From the NCBI RefSeq assembly GCF_964355755.1, contig NC_092672.1, positions 6,014,001-6,078,000 on the forward strand: 64,000 nucleotides of DNA. Direction: 5' to 3'. Shown piece by piece: positions 12,918 to 24,833 of this stretch. Each line of letters starts with the position of its first letter. Position 1 is the first letter of the stretch. This DNA comes from Antedon mediterranea (taxonomy: Eukaryota > Animalia > Echinodermata). A program made the position numbers and the translations under genes. The notes below the pieces were generated by a model. The model searched no databases. It was not told the DNA's origin and saw nothing but the letters and a program-made list of their open reading frames with translations.

Positions 12918-13208
12918 CTAAAAACAATAATAGTAATATGGTAAATAATAGAGTTTGTTTCAATTACATTTTATAGCATGGAGTAAAATTACACAATGAT
13001 TATGTTATAAAATCTAGTTTCAATGCAGAAAAACAGTGCCTTAAACCGAACCAAGGGCCTGAATGGGATATTTGTATGAAATCGGAATCATTGCCATCTC
13101 ATTACCATAATTTATTATCAGTACTGGATATTCATCATTTTCATTAAGTTTAAAACATCATTGCTTGCCATTATTTTCCACAGCTCTTTGATTTATCGCA
13201 ATAGTTAA

Positions 13209-13508
13209 AGATGTATTGTCCCCCTGAAAAATAATTTTTTTAATTTTTTTTTTTTTAATATGCCATTTTAATAATAATTGTCCACTTTGACCAAAAATTG
13301 GATCTAAAAACAATTTATTTACCTGAAAAAACTGTAATTTAAATTAAATTGAATTTAACCATTTATTATGTTATTTTATAAGTGAAAACATTTTTTTTCG
13401 GTTTTTTTTCTACTGAAGTGATTAATTTTATTAAAACTACAAAATAACCTATTCAAAGTCTGATTTAATTAATCTTCATTTTTCATGTTTTTGGGGGACA
13501 ATACATCT
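13209..13508. mobile_element. 300-bp Kolobok-like MITE in the Hv1 intron between coding exons 1 and 2
   Basis: Perfect 16-bp TIRs AGATGTATTGTCCCCC / GGGGGACAATACATCT with TTAA on both sides. A matching right end recurs at about 34675-34693. Confidence 0.9.
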
Positions 13509-13606
13509 TTAATGTCCCCATACTATTTATCATTCCGATTGGTTTATTAGTCTGAGGCCTAAATACTGTATACTATAATTATACTACTGTATACAGATCT
13601 ACGTAC

Positions 13607-13843
13607 CTCTACTGCCGACAAATCCAAGACCAACTCGCATATAACCAGGATACAATCTGCCAGAACTAATGCGATGATTACAACATGGAAATTATGGCTA
13701 TGTAAAATACGCTGTAGTTTTCCACGGAATGTGTCTTCCCCGGCCGTGAATGTTATATGGTGAGTGGGAGCTGCACCAATCTCTGTGTCTTCGTTTTTCA
13801 CGATCCCTTCTTCATCTTCCTGTTTTGGTTTCAAAAAGCCCAT
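13607..13843 (-). CDS. HVCN1: Hv1 coding exon 1 (N-terminus, S0, S1)
   Basis: ATG at 13843; FRGKLQRILHSHNFHVVIIALVLADCILVICELVLDL includes the selectivity Asp (human D112 equivalent); GAG|GTACGT donor; 237 nt. A TTTTTCAG acceptor 5 nt before the ATG implies an unlocated 5'UTR exon. Confidence 0.96.
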
Positions 13844-13989
13844 CTCTTCTGAAAAATAATTTCCAGAAAAACTTTTGAGTATAATTGCCTATACCGTACT
13901 TTCAATAGAGTGAGTCAAATGGCCGAGAGATTGAGGCAGGGGCGCCGTTTACCGTACCTAAAGAGCCAACAATATCAGCATCATGTTTT

Positions 13990-14236
13990 CGAGGCCGACT
14001 CGCTCCTAGTTCTGGTGGAGGAACAAGTCTTCTCGAGTAAGGACTATAAACTGTAGGTCCAGTTAAGTGTACACAGTTCCTGTGTGCACTTTAAAGAACC
14101 CAGTTCATCATTCGAGACGGGGGGGGGGGGGGGGTTATCCCGGTGAACTGGTTTACAAAATATCCCCCCAGAGGGATTACCACCTCTTAAGTGATTAATT
14201 TACGATTGGTAATCCTTGGCCATATATGCCTATAAA
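13990..14236 (+). mobile_element. 5'-truncated SINE with Deu/Nin-like central domain
   Basis: GTCTTCTCGAGTAAGGACTATAAACTGTAGGTCC...CACTTTAAAGAACCC...CCCGGTG resembles the Deu-domain core; (AAAAT)n tail. The same core occurs inverted at about 33688-33715. Confidence 0.65.
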
Positions 14237-15420
14237 GACATCAAATAAAATAAAATACTGAGGTTCTAGGTATAAATTGTGCATAAGGTATATTTCACTA
14301 ACATATTTCATGTTCATTTAAACAGGAAGAGTATAACTGCCTATCAATTCCAGGATTCCGGGTCCAAATCATGTATAATGTGCTTCTCTCTTTGTTCATA
14401 TACACCAATATGACATCACATATTGGACATAAAATTGCTGTTCAATAGGAAAATGTGCCTTTTATGTATGAGTTAACATGGAGTGGGATTGGGATTACCA
14501 ATAGTCATATAATATCACAGAAGGCCTATAAAAATATTTGTTCTCAATATCTAATTCTTTTTATATATTATCACATGGATATGGAAGCAGTGATACCAAG
14601 TTATAGTAGACTTTTTTGTTTTGGCTCAGGAAAAAATCACCCACTGACCATCACTGACCAATATCTTACAATTTCATCCTGATGGTGCCACACCAATGAC
14701 GGTGCCATGCCCTGTGAATTAAATTTGCTGCTTACTATAAAATCATTACTAACTGACTGGTATATTAAAATAAAAGTACTATATAGGCCTACTAGAGTGA
14801 CATTGCAGTTTGGTGGTTACGAGTTACCGATTCCCAGGGTCCTGGGTTCAAATGATATTAGGAATGTTTCTAATGACAAATAAACTCCACTCCCAAATAC
14901 TTCTTTATTATGAATTTGTTTATGTAGATATTCTGGTGTTTATGTTTGTCTTGTGAACGGATTGTCACCTGTTGAGACAGTAAAAGGATTCGGTATTGGC
15001 TATCCTTGGCATTCCACCAAATAAATAATAACAATAATAATATAAATAATAAACACATCATGTATTTTTGTATAATATCAAATGTTGGCACCTTCCGGGT
15101 TGAATGATATTCACTAACCCAAATTTCTTTGTAAACAGTTCGTTTTAAAATCAAGTGACACAATACAGATAAAAGACATATGCTTCATCAGATTTGAATG
15201 TTTATGTGTACAGATAGATTTGTTACTTAATATTAGTATGAAGTGTAATAACCTCCAAAAATACAAAAGTACAACATATTTGTGAAATAAACACCACTGC
15301 ATGGTTTTTCCAGTTTAAAACTGAAGCTATCTGTTAGGATGCAGCCTCTCCCCCCCCCCCCTCCCCATAGATTCTTCAACAATGATTCAAATTCGTTCTC
15401 GTCTTATCTTTGAATCCGAA

Positions 15421-15945
15421 AATAATAATATTAGTTTGATTCTTATATAGCGCATATAAGCAAGCTCTCCATGCGCTGCACATTAATACCACAGTCATTT
15501 ATTGGTTCAAACACGTGGAAACATATACTCCCATAATAATGCAGCTAGTAATCAGTGCAAAATTGTGTCTTGATCTAACCGGTACCCATTTATACACCTA
15601 GATGGATATATTCATATTTTAGATTATGAAATTTATTATTATTTTCTTCAATGCATTTCTTTTCTTTTTTATTTCTGTCGAGGCTCGCCCAACTCAAGAT
15701 GTTTCCCAACATCTTTTGCCTTCATTTTCTGAAATTTTTTTTATTTATATTTCTGTACAATCCTGTTTCTTGTTTTCCTATGTATTCAGATTTTGTAAAT
15801 AAATGTTTATTGAATTTAATTTAATTGAGGCAAATGTAAGTAACGTGTCTTGCCTAACGATACAAGCAACGTAGCGAGAGTTGGATTTGAACCACGATCT
15901 CACGATTAGTAATCCAACGTCCAACACACTGCGCCACACGCCGGA
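15421..15945 (-). mobile_element. Degenerate tRNA-derived SINE pieces
   Basis: Minus strand: A-box-like GTGGCGCAGTG, B box GGTTCAAATCC, GGCAAGACAC core (15830-15940); GTGTATAAATGGGTACCGG and a GCGCTATATAAG...ATTATTATT tail (15421-15605). Confidence 0.55.
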
Positions 15946-16904
15946 TACCCCACACGCCCTCACTATAAAAAACAAATAATTAGCAGGAATTCATTGCTGT
16001 CACTTCCCTATTTCAAAACGGAAGTGTTTGCGTTGCCAATTTCACTCATATATAATAGTTTAGGAGATTACGTTCGTTTAGTACTTTCTTCATTTTGTTC
16101 ATTTGAGGAAGAAGTTGTTAAAAAATCCGCTGTTTATTTGTAAATGTCATTTGTCATACTTTTTTCATTTTTGGTGGCAATTAATTTTCATGACAAATGC
16201 TTCCATTTTCACTTTAAAATCACCACCATTCAAATTCTTCAAGTGCAATTTTAGAAGAAATTTGAGTGATCAATAATATCACTGGATAACAAAAAATGTA
16301 AACTTTAAGAAATATTGCATGACTTTCAAAGCCATGGGAAGTGATTTTGGGAGACTCCTCGGTTATCTGGACAACCAAATGTGTCTTTGAACTCTTGTGC
16401 GTTGTTTGGTCTGTACATACAGAACAGGATAGTATAGAATTGTGATATACTGTACCTACGAAAATATTAAAATATCAATGTTAAATTGCTTTATAATCAA
16501 ATTCACATCACATTGTTTGTGAAGTAGTTCCCTGCAGTAGTTTGTCTTACCCTTTACACAGTTTGCTGAAATAAGTTTAAAGAAAAACTAAATTGAGGCC
16601 CATTTCAACGTAAGTTTGTACTTTGTTGACAGTAGGCCATTTTCTGAACTTTGTACTGTTATTAGTTTTCTATTTTTGGTACAAGAATGCATTATTACAA
16701 TGGGTTTAAGTTATTTACAAGTTACTATCTGACAGCATTTAGAAGACAAATTAAATGTCAGAATAGAATGGTTATCATGCTTCCCAAATTAAATCAGGTT
16801 GGTCCTCCTGTCCATTTGTGTGTATTTCAAAAACTGCATTTGTTTGATTTTCTTCAAAATTTCAATGGCTATCACTTTTCTACCCTAAAAATACATTAAA
16901 ATGA

Positions 16905-19045
16905 TCTTTTCATTTCATTTTTCATTTCTTTATTCGACCACAAGCGGTCCAGGGGTTGCGACAGCAACAGAGCGCCATAACACATTTGTGTCCGCAACCC
17001 CTGAATTAAATTTGAAGGGAAATGTATTGTTCAGTTGGGTCCACCAAAACCATGGTCTTTGGTCTTTAATTTGAGGGAGTCTTTAATTGGCAGGAACAAA
17101 AAGATAGGCGATCATTCGGGGCCATGGTACAAAATCTAAAAAATAATAAATAGTATAAATAAAACATTATTAAATGACTTCTGAGACTTAAAAATATTAT
17201 CAATTAAAATTATACAACATAGAGTATTTACAATTTTATTTAAAAAACCTTGGTGTTGCTATAGGTTGATGTGAATGGGGTCTCTCCAGAGTTTCTCAAT
17301 GTTTTGAATGGTCACCAACCCTGGGGTGTCTCCAGAGATCAACCCAAACTAATTTATGCCAGCTTAAGCTCTGTCTACACTATCAAACTTTATGTGATGT
17401 GATGTGCCCATATATGGACTTGATGATGTCATCACTACCATATTTGGGCATATCACTACCATATTTGGGAACATCACAATTCTTTTTTTTTTTCAAACTA
17501 GTTTGATAGTGTAGACATGATATTTTATAATATGTACCTGTTTTCTGTTTCAGAATTATATTGCGAAATTATAAATATATAGTTGTTTTTATGCCCTATT
17601 ACCTAATATCTTGTCTTACACAGACGTTCCAACCCTCCCGATTTATCCGGGAGTCTCCCGAATTTTAACATCACCTCCTGGTCTCCCGAATTTTAAATAT
17701 ATCTCCCGATTTCACACATTTCTATATAATTCAGTATTATTGCATTAAATTAAAATCTATCTTCCCACGAAAGTTAATATTACAAATTAATTTAATCTCA
17801 CACGTCGTACGTACCACCCCGCATGATACAACGAACATGTAATGTATGTATGTAAAGATTGTATATCATAGTACACAGCGTACTACTGTAAGGCGACGTC
17901 CTTTGTGTTTACCGACAGTACGCGATTCTTACCTTTAGCGATAAAGCTCTACAGTGTCGCTTTATCAGTAGAGTAGGCGCACGTGTACTGAAACTTTTTC
18001 CTGGTTACAAGTTTGACCTAATTCCCATGCCCAGGGAAAGCGTCATCGTCAGTGTAGTAGTAGTAGTAGAACTATGCGACGTCCTTTGTGTTTACCGACA
18101 GTACGCGATGAATCTACAGTATTAGTAGTAGGCGCGCGTGTACTGAAATTGCTAGTTACAAGTTCTTTGACCCAATTCCAATGCCCAATGAGTTCTTCTG
18201 GTAGAGAATTTCATATTTTGGGTCCTGAAAAGTTAATATCTTGCCAACCTCCGTATTTAAGCAACCATAAGCATAATCTAATTTATTTCTGGTATTATAA
18301 TTATGAACTGAACTAAAAGTTTGAAAATAAGTATCAAAAGCTCTGGGCAGTTGATTATGTTTCAATTTAAACATAAATAAAGCAACATTTCTTGTGAGTA
18401 AGTCATAAATATTAAGTGTATTAGATAAATCAAAAAGAGGAGCAGAATGGTGGAGGTATTGCACATTATAAACTGATCTTAAAGCTCTTTTTTGCAAAAT
18501 ATAAATACAGTTTAAATTAATTTTTGAAGTAAAGCCCCCAAAAAAGTGATTTATAAATTAATAGTAAAATGGAGGAAGGCAAGGCATGTTAAAGTTTATT
18601 GAGAACACTAACCACTCTTGATAGTTTTAATGAAATTATGTTAATATGAGAAATAAAAGATAAATATTCAATAAAAATGCCAAGAAATGTTGTTGCTTTT
18701 GTTCTTTCAACTTCACTGATGCCGTAATATTATTTAGGAATGTTGGTGGGGGGGGGGGGGGCGGGATTGGTTTATTTACTGAACGAATATTTAACGATAG
18801 CTTATTAGATTTTAACCAGTTTGCAATTTTACTAAGTTCTCAAATCATTAAACGAATAGCTTGGTAGATGTCCTTATGATTAATAAATAAACTGGTATCA
18901 TCTGCAAACATAACAATTTCAGCACCATCACTTGTATAATTTAAATCATTAATAAATAACAGAAATAAAAGCGGACCAAGGATGGATCCTTGTGGCACAA
19001 CACACGAAACTGGCCGCAGCTCAGAGGCAATATCCAGTCATGGTA
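16905..19045 (-). mobile_element. Degraded L2/Crack-like LINE, interrupted by later insertions
   Basis: Minus-strand RT motifs VPQGSILGPLLFLLFINDL and MFADDTSLF (18885-19005); C-terminal QKRALR...HSAPLF...HNYNTR (ORF 18156..18497). A LINE-like 3' end lies at 16905-17003 (11-bp stem CAGGGGTTGCG/CGCAACCCCTG, AATAAA, (GAAAT)n tail); assigning it to the same copy is inference. Confidence 0.75.
17367..17517. mobile_element. About 150-bp PIF/Harbinger-like MITE (family copy)
   Basis: TIR (AGCTC)TGTCTACACTATCAAACT / AGTTTGATAGTGTAGACA, preceded by TTA. Other copies at about 19965-20020, 20495-20632, 25010-25150, 51194-51352, 54797-54910, 55710-55882 and 57596-57762. Confidence 0.8.
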
Positions 19046-19329
19046 ACAAAAATGAAATGAAACATCATAATGTTTGGTTTTAAGAATGGCAACAATTAAT
19101 TGAAAGAAGTGTTATATATATAATGTTTTTTTGAAGTTGTACATTATCTAATACAGTATGTAGTTTCAAATCAATTAATTTCCCTTTTTAAAAGGTTTAA
19201 ATATTTTTTTATTTTTTCATTTTTTTGTGGTAAATTTAGTCCAACAGATGCATTGTATCTTTGAAATAGTAAAAGATGATTATTGTTTTGGAGTTCAATG
19301 TCCGTCAACTTTTGAAAGTCTGAATCAGA

Positions 19330-21930
19330 ATTGATTCTACTGAGAGACTACAGCTGTATGTTACATACTTAATAATGGTTTTATGCATTACAATAAATAA
19401 GTTGCATGCAATGCATAAAAGGTATTATAGTTCTATTATGTTTATTCAGCCTAGCTAGCTTAGAACCATTGTTACATTGAACTTCTAATAATACGTAGTT
19501 TCAAATATCAATTTTAGAAATTTGTTGATTATTTGCCAAAATTTATTCTGCTGAGAGATTCTACAGCTGACACATTTCTATCATTTTGTAACACATTTAT
19601 TGTATTGTGTATACACAGCCTGTTTAGCCCCTTATCATTACTATTTCTTTCATTCATTTATTTTTTATGAGAATATAGATATCAAATGGTGAGAACATAC
19701 ACACAGGTCTCACTGAGTTTTGTAATGTTAACCAGCAGTAACGTACATGGTGTTAATGTACTTTATTCTCTCCCCTTACCTTATCTGACCCCTTACCTTA
19801 TCTGACCCCCTCCCTTTCACCTTTCAATTAAGTATATTTTGATATTTCTTCCATCTTCTGTTTGATTATGTTTAATTGGTTGGTGGATAATCAATAATCA
19901 ATAATATAATTATATTACATGGCATTTTATAATGATAATAATGACAACCCTTGATACAAGCCTTCCAGGTTTGACATAAAATGTGTGATGTGCCCAAATA
20001 TGGTAGTGATATGACATCATCATTAACTTCAGAGAAAGGCAAAAGAAAAAAAAGCACAGGAAAGTTCCATTGTATTCCAAATGCAATGGGAAAATCAAAC
20101 TTACCAGAAAAACAGATTTTAGACCAAACATTGTTATAATATGATTACGTTGGTAATCAATAATGAAAACTACAGGTAATTATCACTTACAAAATAATAC
20201 TAATATTGAACATTGGTACAATAATCCATTGTAGATTTGAGTGCGAGAACATGACATAGTCACACATTTTAACAATTATGGGTTTTATTCAATCAGTAAA
20301 ATACACACCCATGGCTGTCAATATCCTCTCTATCATGGTTATGTGTGTTTCTAACACATATTTACCACGTCTATACCATAGTTGATGCTGATCAATCAAT
20401 CAATTTTTTTAATCTGTCATTGCTATTAACAAAATGTGCTAAACTAGTTCCACTTCCTAATTCAAATTCTGGAATTTACACCCTCTCAGCTTAAGCGCTG
20501 TCTACACTAACTAAAAAAGTGTGATGTGCCCAAATATGGTAGTGATATGCCCAAATATGGTTTTGATATGATGTCCATATATGGGCACATCACATTTTGT
20601 TGTCACATAAAGTTTGATAGTGTAGACAGAGATTTTAGGATTAACCTGAGTAAAACAGATTATAAGAATGTATAGGAATATATTTACAAATATAATATAA
20701 TAAAAATATAATCAAAGCCAATCTGTTTAACTATTTAAATTGTCATCAAACATAGTGTTAAAAAAGAAATAAAGTCTACTATAATAATAAGTATAATGAT
20801 TATATTATATACCATACCATAGATATAACATAGACATCTGATTGGTTAAAACTACATGCATAATTTAACTTGTTTCCACTTCACTGAACTACTTTAATCT
20901 GATAAATTTCAGGTTCTACTGCCCTCAACTTCTCTCATCATAAATTACACTATTTGTTATGCATTCTGTATGCTTGTGTCTTCCATGATTTCTTTTTTCT
21001 CTGATGGTCAGTTTTCTTTTTTCTTTATTCCTGTATTTACTTCAGAGAGGCCTTTACCCTGAAGTGGGTTTAATATGGCTAGCAATGATGAATTTAGTTT
21101 GCTCAAAATGTGTTTTCCTATCTATATTTTGTATTTCTGATGTCTATATATTATAATTGTTTTGTGCTATTTTTTGTTAATTAGGTAGTTAAATATAGTG
21201 AAAGAGAAAATGTGTTTATTAATTAAATTTTATGTTTATATCCTGTCTTCCTTGTTTTTGACTTAATTAAAAGAAGTAATATGTCATAACGGAGTGGATC
21301 TGTAGCTTGGGGAGTGGAGCTGTAGCTTGGGGAGTGGAGCTGTAGCTTGGGGAGTGGAGCTGTAGCTTGGGGAGTGGAGCTGTAGCTTGGGGAGTGGAGC
21401 TGTAGCTTGTGGAGTGGAGCTGTAGCTTGTGGAGTGGATCTGTAGCTTGTGGAGTGGAGCTGTAGCTTGGGGAGAGGAACTGTAGCTTGGGGAGAGGAGC
21501 TGTAGCTTGGGGAGTGGAGCTGTAGCTTGGGGAGTGAAGCTGTAGCTTGGGGAGTGGATCTGTAGCTTGGGGAGTGGAGCTGTAGCTTGCGGAGTGGAGC
21601 TGTAGCTTGCGGAGTGGAGCTGTAGCTTGGAGAGTGGAGCTGTAGCTTGGAGAGTGGAGCTGTAGCTTGCGGAGTGGAGCTGTAGCTTGCGGAGTGGAGC
21701 TGTAGCTTGCGGAGTGGAGCTGTAGCTTGCGGAGTGGAGCTGTAGCTTGCGGAGTGGAGCTGTAGCTTGCGGAGTGGAGTTGTAGCTTGGTGAGTGGAGC
21801 ATACAGAATTCGCGAGCAGTGTGGTGGAAAGTACTGGTGCTTGTAGGCCTCAAGACTAGTGCATGTTGTAGGCACTGATGGCCTGGACTAGAGGTATTAT
21901 GACTGACTGTTATAAGGCCTAGAGCAGTAG
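19330..21930 (+). repeat. Copy of the dispersed multi-kb duplicated unit
   Basis: Colinear with about 54230-57130 (e.g. CAGCCTAGCTAGCTTAGAACCATTGTTACATTGAACTTCTAATAATACGTAG at 19446 and 54277), including both minisatellite flanks. Confidence 0.92.
21291..21800. repeat. 20-bp minisatellite, about 25 units
   Basis: Same unit as 2099-3016, with a distal run of a TTGC variant. Confidence 0.98.
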
Positions 21931-22861
21931 CGTACTCCTACCACATGGTTGAAAATTGAGTTTTACAATTCAGGTACCTTCATTGTTGTATAATAAGAAG
22001 TAATAAACAAATTTATGATCAAAATATGATTTTAACAACATCGCCCAACTATATTATTTGATCAAACTCACTTAATTTATAGTTTTAAGATGTAGTATTC
22101 AAAATCTTCACTTCATGTTTTTTGTTCTTATTGCAGCAATAATCCTCTTTACTCTAGTAGCTAGATCAACTTTCGTATGCACTTTGAGGTCCAGAGAATT
22201 TGACTTCAGAAATTGGTTTAGGATGGTCAAACAATCATTTTTGGCTTGGTTACACATTTTGAAAATGTGGCGAAAGGTCAAAAGGTCAGGGTGAAAGGTC
22301 ATAAGACCAAACACCAATATGTCCTTAAATCTCAACAACCACTGGTCACAGCGAAGTAATTTTGGTCTCAAATTGATCAGAAGGTATACATTTATATTCA
22401 GTCTAATGGGACATTTTAGTTCAAAATGACCGGAAATGCCATTTCTGACCTTTGACCCACACCCCAGGGTATGTATGTATCTCCGTAACTACTGACTGTA
22501 GACACTTGAATTTGGTCTTAAATTGTTCGAAATTAACATTTTATTATTTGTTGCACATTTTTAAAAATGTTACAAAAGGTCAAAGGGTCAAGGGTTATAT
22601 GAACAAATATAAATAGATACTTGTATTTCGGCAACCACTTGTCGCAGCAAGTCAATTTTAGTCTCAAAATGTTCAGAAGGCATGCTTTCATATTCAATCT
22701 AATGGGACATTTTAGTAAAAAATTATCAGAAATGCCATTTCTGACCTTTGACCCACATATCATGGAATATAAAATTGAAATTAAAGTGCTAGTGTTGCCT
22801 GAAAGCTCTGCTAACTTTTCTGGCTGTTATACTTGATCGTTTTGATAGCTTTTCGCTTTTT

Positions 22862-23581
22862 TTTTGTATCTCCATTGAGATCCAGCCACTGATACCCACA
22901 GCATTGTCATTTTGTATCTCCATTGAGATCCAGCCACTGATACCCACAGCATTGTCATTTTGTATCTCCATTGAGATCCAGCCACTGATACCCACAGCAT
23001 TGTCATTTTGTATCTCCATTGAGATCCAGCCACTGATACCCACAGCATTGTCATTTTGTATCTCCATTGAGATCCAGCCACTGATACCCACAGCATTGTC
23101 ATTTTGTATCTCCATTGAGATCCAGCCACTGATACCCACAGCATTGTCATTTTGTATCTCCATTGAGATCCAGCCACTGATACCCACAGCATTGTCATTT
23201 TGTATCTCCATTGAGATCCAGCCACTGATACCCACAGCATTGTCATTTTGTATCTCCATTGAGATCCAGCCACTGATACCCATGGCATTGTCATTTTGTA
23301 TCTCCATTGAGATCCAGCCACTGATACCCACAGCATTGTCATTTTGTATCTCCATTGAGATCCAGCCACTGATACCCATGGCATTGTCATTTTGTATCTC
23401 CATTGAGATCCAGCCACTGATACCCATGGCATTGTCATTTTGTATCTCCATTGAGATCCAGCCACTGATACCCACAGCATTGTCATTTTGTATCTCCATT
23501 GAGATCCAGCCACTGATACCCACAGCATTGTCATTTTGTATCTCCATTGAGATCCAGCCACTGATACCCACAGCATTGTCA
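22862..23581. repeat. 48-bp tandem repeat, 15 near-identical units
   Basis: Unit TTTTGTATCTCCATTGAGATCCAGCCACTGATACCCACAGCATTGTCA; the only variant is CA>TG in three units. Confidence 0.98.
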
Positions 23582-24759
23582 TCTTTGTCCGTAATTTGCC
23601 TTTGGATTGAATAATTTAAAGAAATATAAATAATTAAGATAAAAATAAAACATAATAAAATGCAATACAACGAAAATAAAATTGAAAAGATAGGAAAGAG
23701 TTATTAAAATAGTTGTTTTAATTTATTTGACTTTAATAACAAAAGGTCTTAGGGAGATAAAACATAAAGAGTAAGTGTAAATAGCACCTATAGTTTATGA
23801 GTTGTTTGACCGGCGCCTACTCTCTATCATGTAATGTCGTCATCATATTGTTTGCACGTAGACAGTACAATTGTTGCACATAGGCCTAATTCGAAAATAG
23901 CATTATAGTCTCATAATGTGAAAGTTAATCGAACTCATGAACTGAGTTACCTCCAAATTAATACAATATTATATCAATATTTCACAGTTTAGAATGGAAT
24001 ATTACTACTGTATAATTATAATATTGTTGTACATACAGTAGGCCCAACTCGAAAATAGCATTATAGTCTCATAATAGACAAAATAAGTCTGAGTCTAAGT
24101 TAATCAAACTCATTGAATTGAATTCCATCCAAACCAATATATATATAAAATATTTCACAGTTTAGAATATCAGCATCTGCATGCAAATGTATTACTGCAT
24201 CATTTCTCTGAATTTTAATTTAAATGTTAAATAAAAAACCTGTCATTATATGATACCAGTTGTACATCTGTGTGGGATTGAATAATTATTTTGCTTCAAA
24301 TATTTGTTGGTCGGTCGGCCAAGTTTTTTTAGTCAACACATTTGGGGAAGCCAAAAAATGTAGAAAAAATGAAAAAAAATTCTAAAAAAAAATATTTAAA
24401 TATAAACAAATGGAAACAAATTTCATTTGCATAATGAATACTAGAAAGCTGGTAAAAAATTGAGAAAAGAATTATAGAGCTGTTTACACTAAACATGAGT
24501 TTGCTTAATATTTCACATCAATGACATAAAGACTACAATTTTGTCCCTTTTAATACTCTGGTTTGAAATCACAATTTTTGCTGACGGTGTTAAAGACTAG
24601 TCTTACTGGATAAGCTGACAATAGCCCTCTCACAATATAAAATCAGAAGACAAACCCTATCACACCACTGTTGGTTTGTGTAATTTGTATCATTTTTATC
24701 TACATTTTTTGTTTTTTTAATCCTGAAATATGTAAATTCAGTTATTGTCTTTTTTTCAG

Positions 24760-24833
24760 GATTTCTAATGTTTAAGGACTTTTGTGAGAGCATCTTCGAT
24801 GCCCCTGTTCCACAGCTGGAATTTTATGAAGAG
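24760..24833 (+). CDS. GRK2: GRK2/3-type G-protein-coupled receptor kinase, internal exon (RH domain; equivalent to human exon 3): GFLMFKDFCESIFDAPVPQLEFYEE
   Basis: TTTTTTTCAG acceptor and GAG|GTAACT donor, 74 nt. Aligns by eye with human GRK2 [25 protein letters not shown], with the same size and phase as I recall for human exon 3. Confidence 0.95.

Noticed and set aside
22210-22770. GACCTTTGACC / AAAGGTCA repeats as nuclear-receptor response elements
   Set aside because: They lie in an internally duplicated repeat element, and the same motif occurs in the HINE bodies; no evidence of function.
22862-23581. CRISPR-like array
   Set aside because: Units are contiguous with no unique spacers, there are no cas genes, and the context is eukaryotic.
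24590-24793. Minus-strand 67-aa ORF
   Set aside because: Overlaps the real plus-strand GRK exon in antisense; no independent support.
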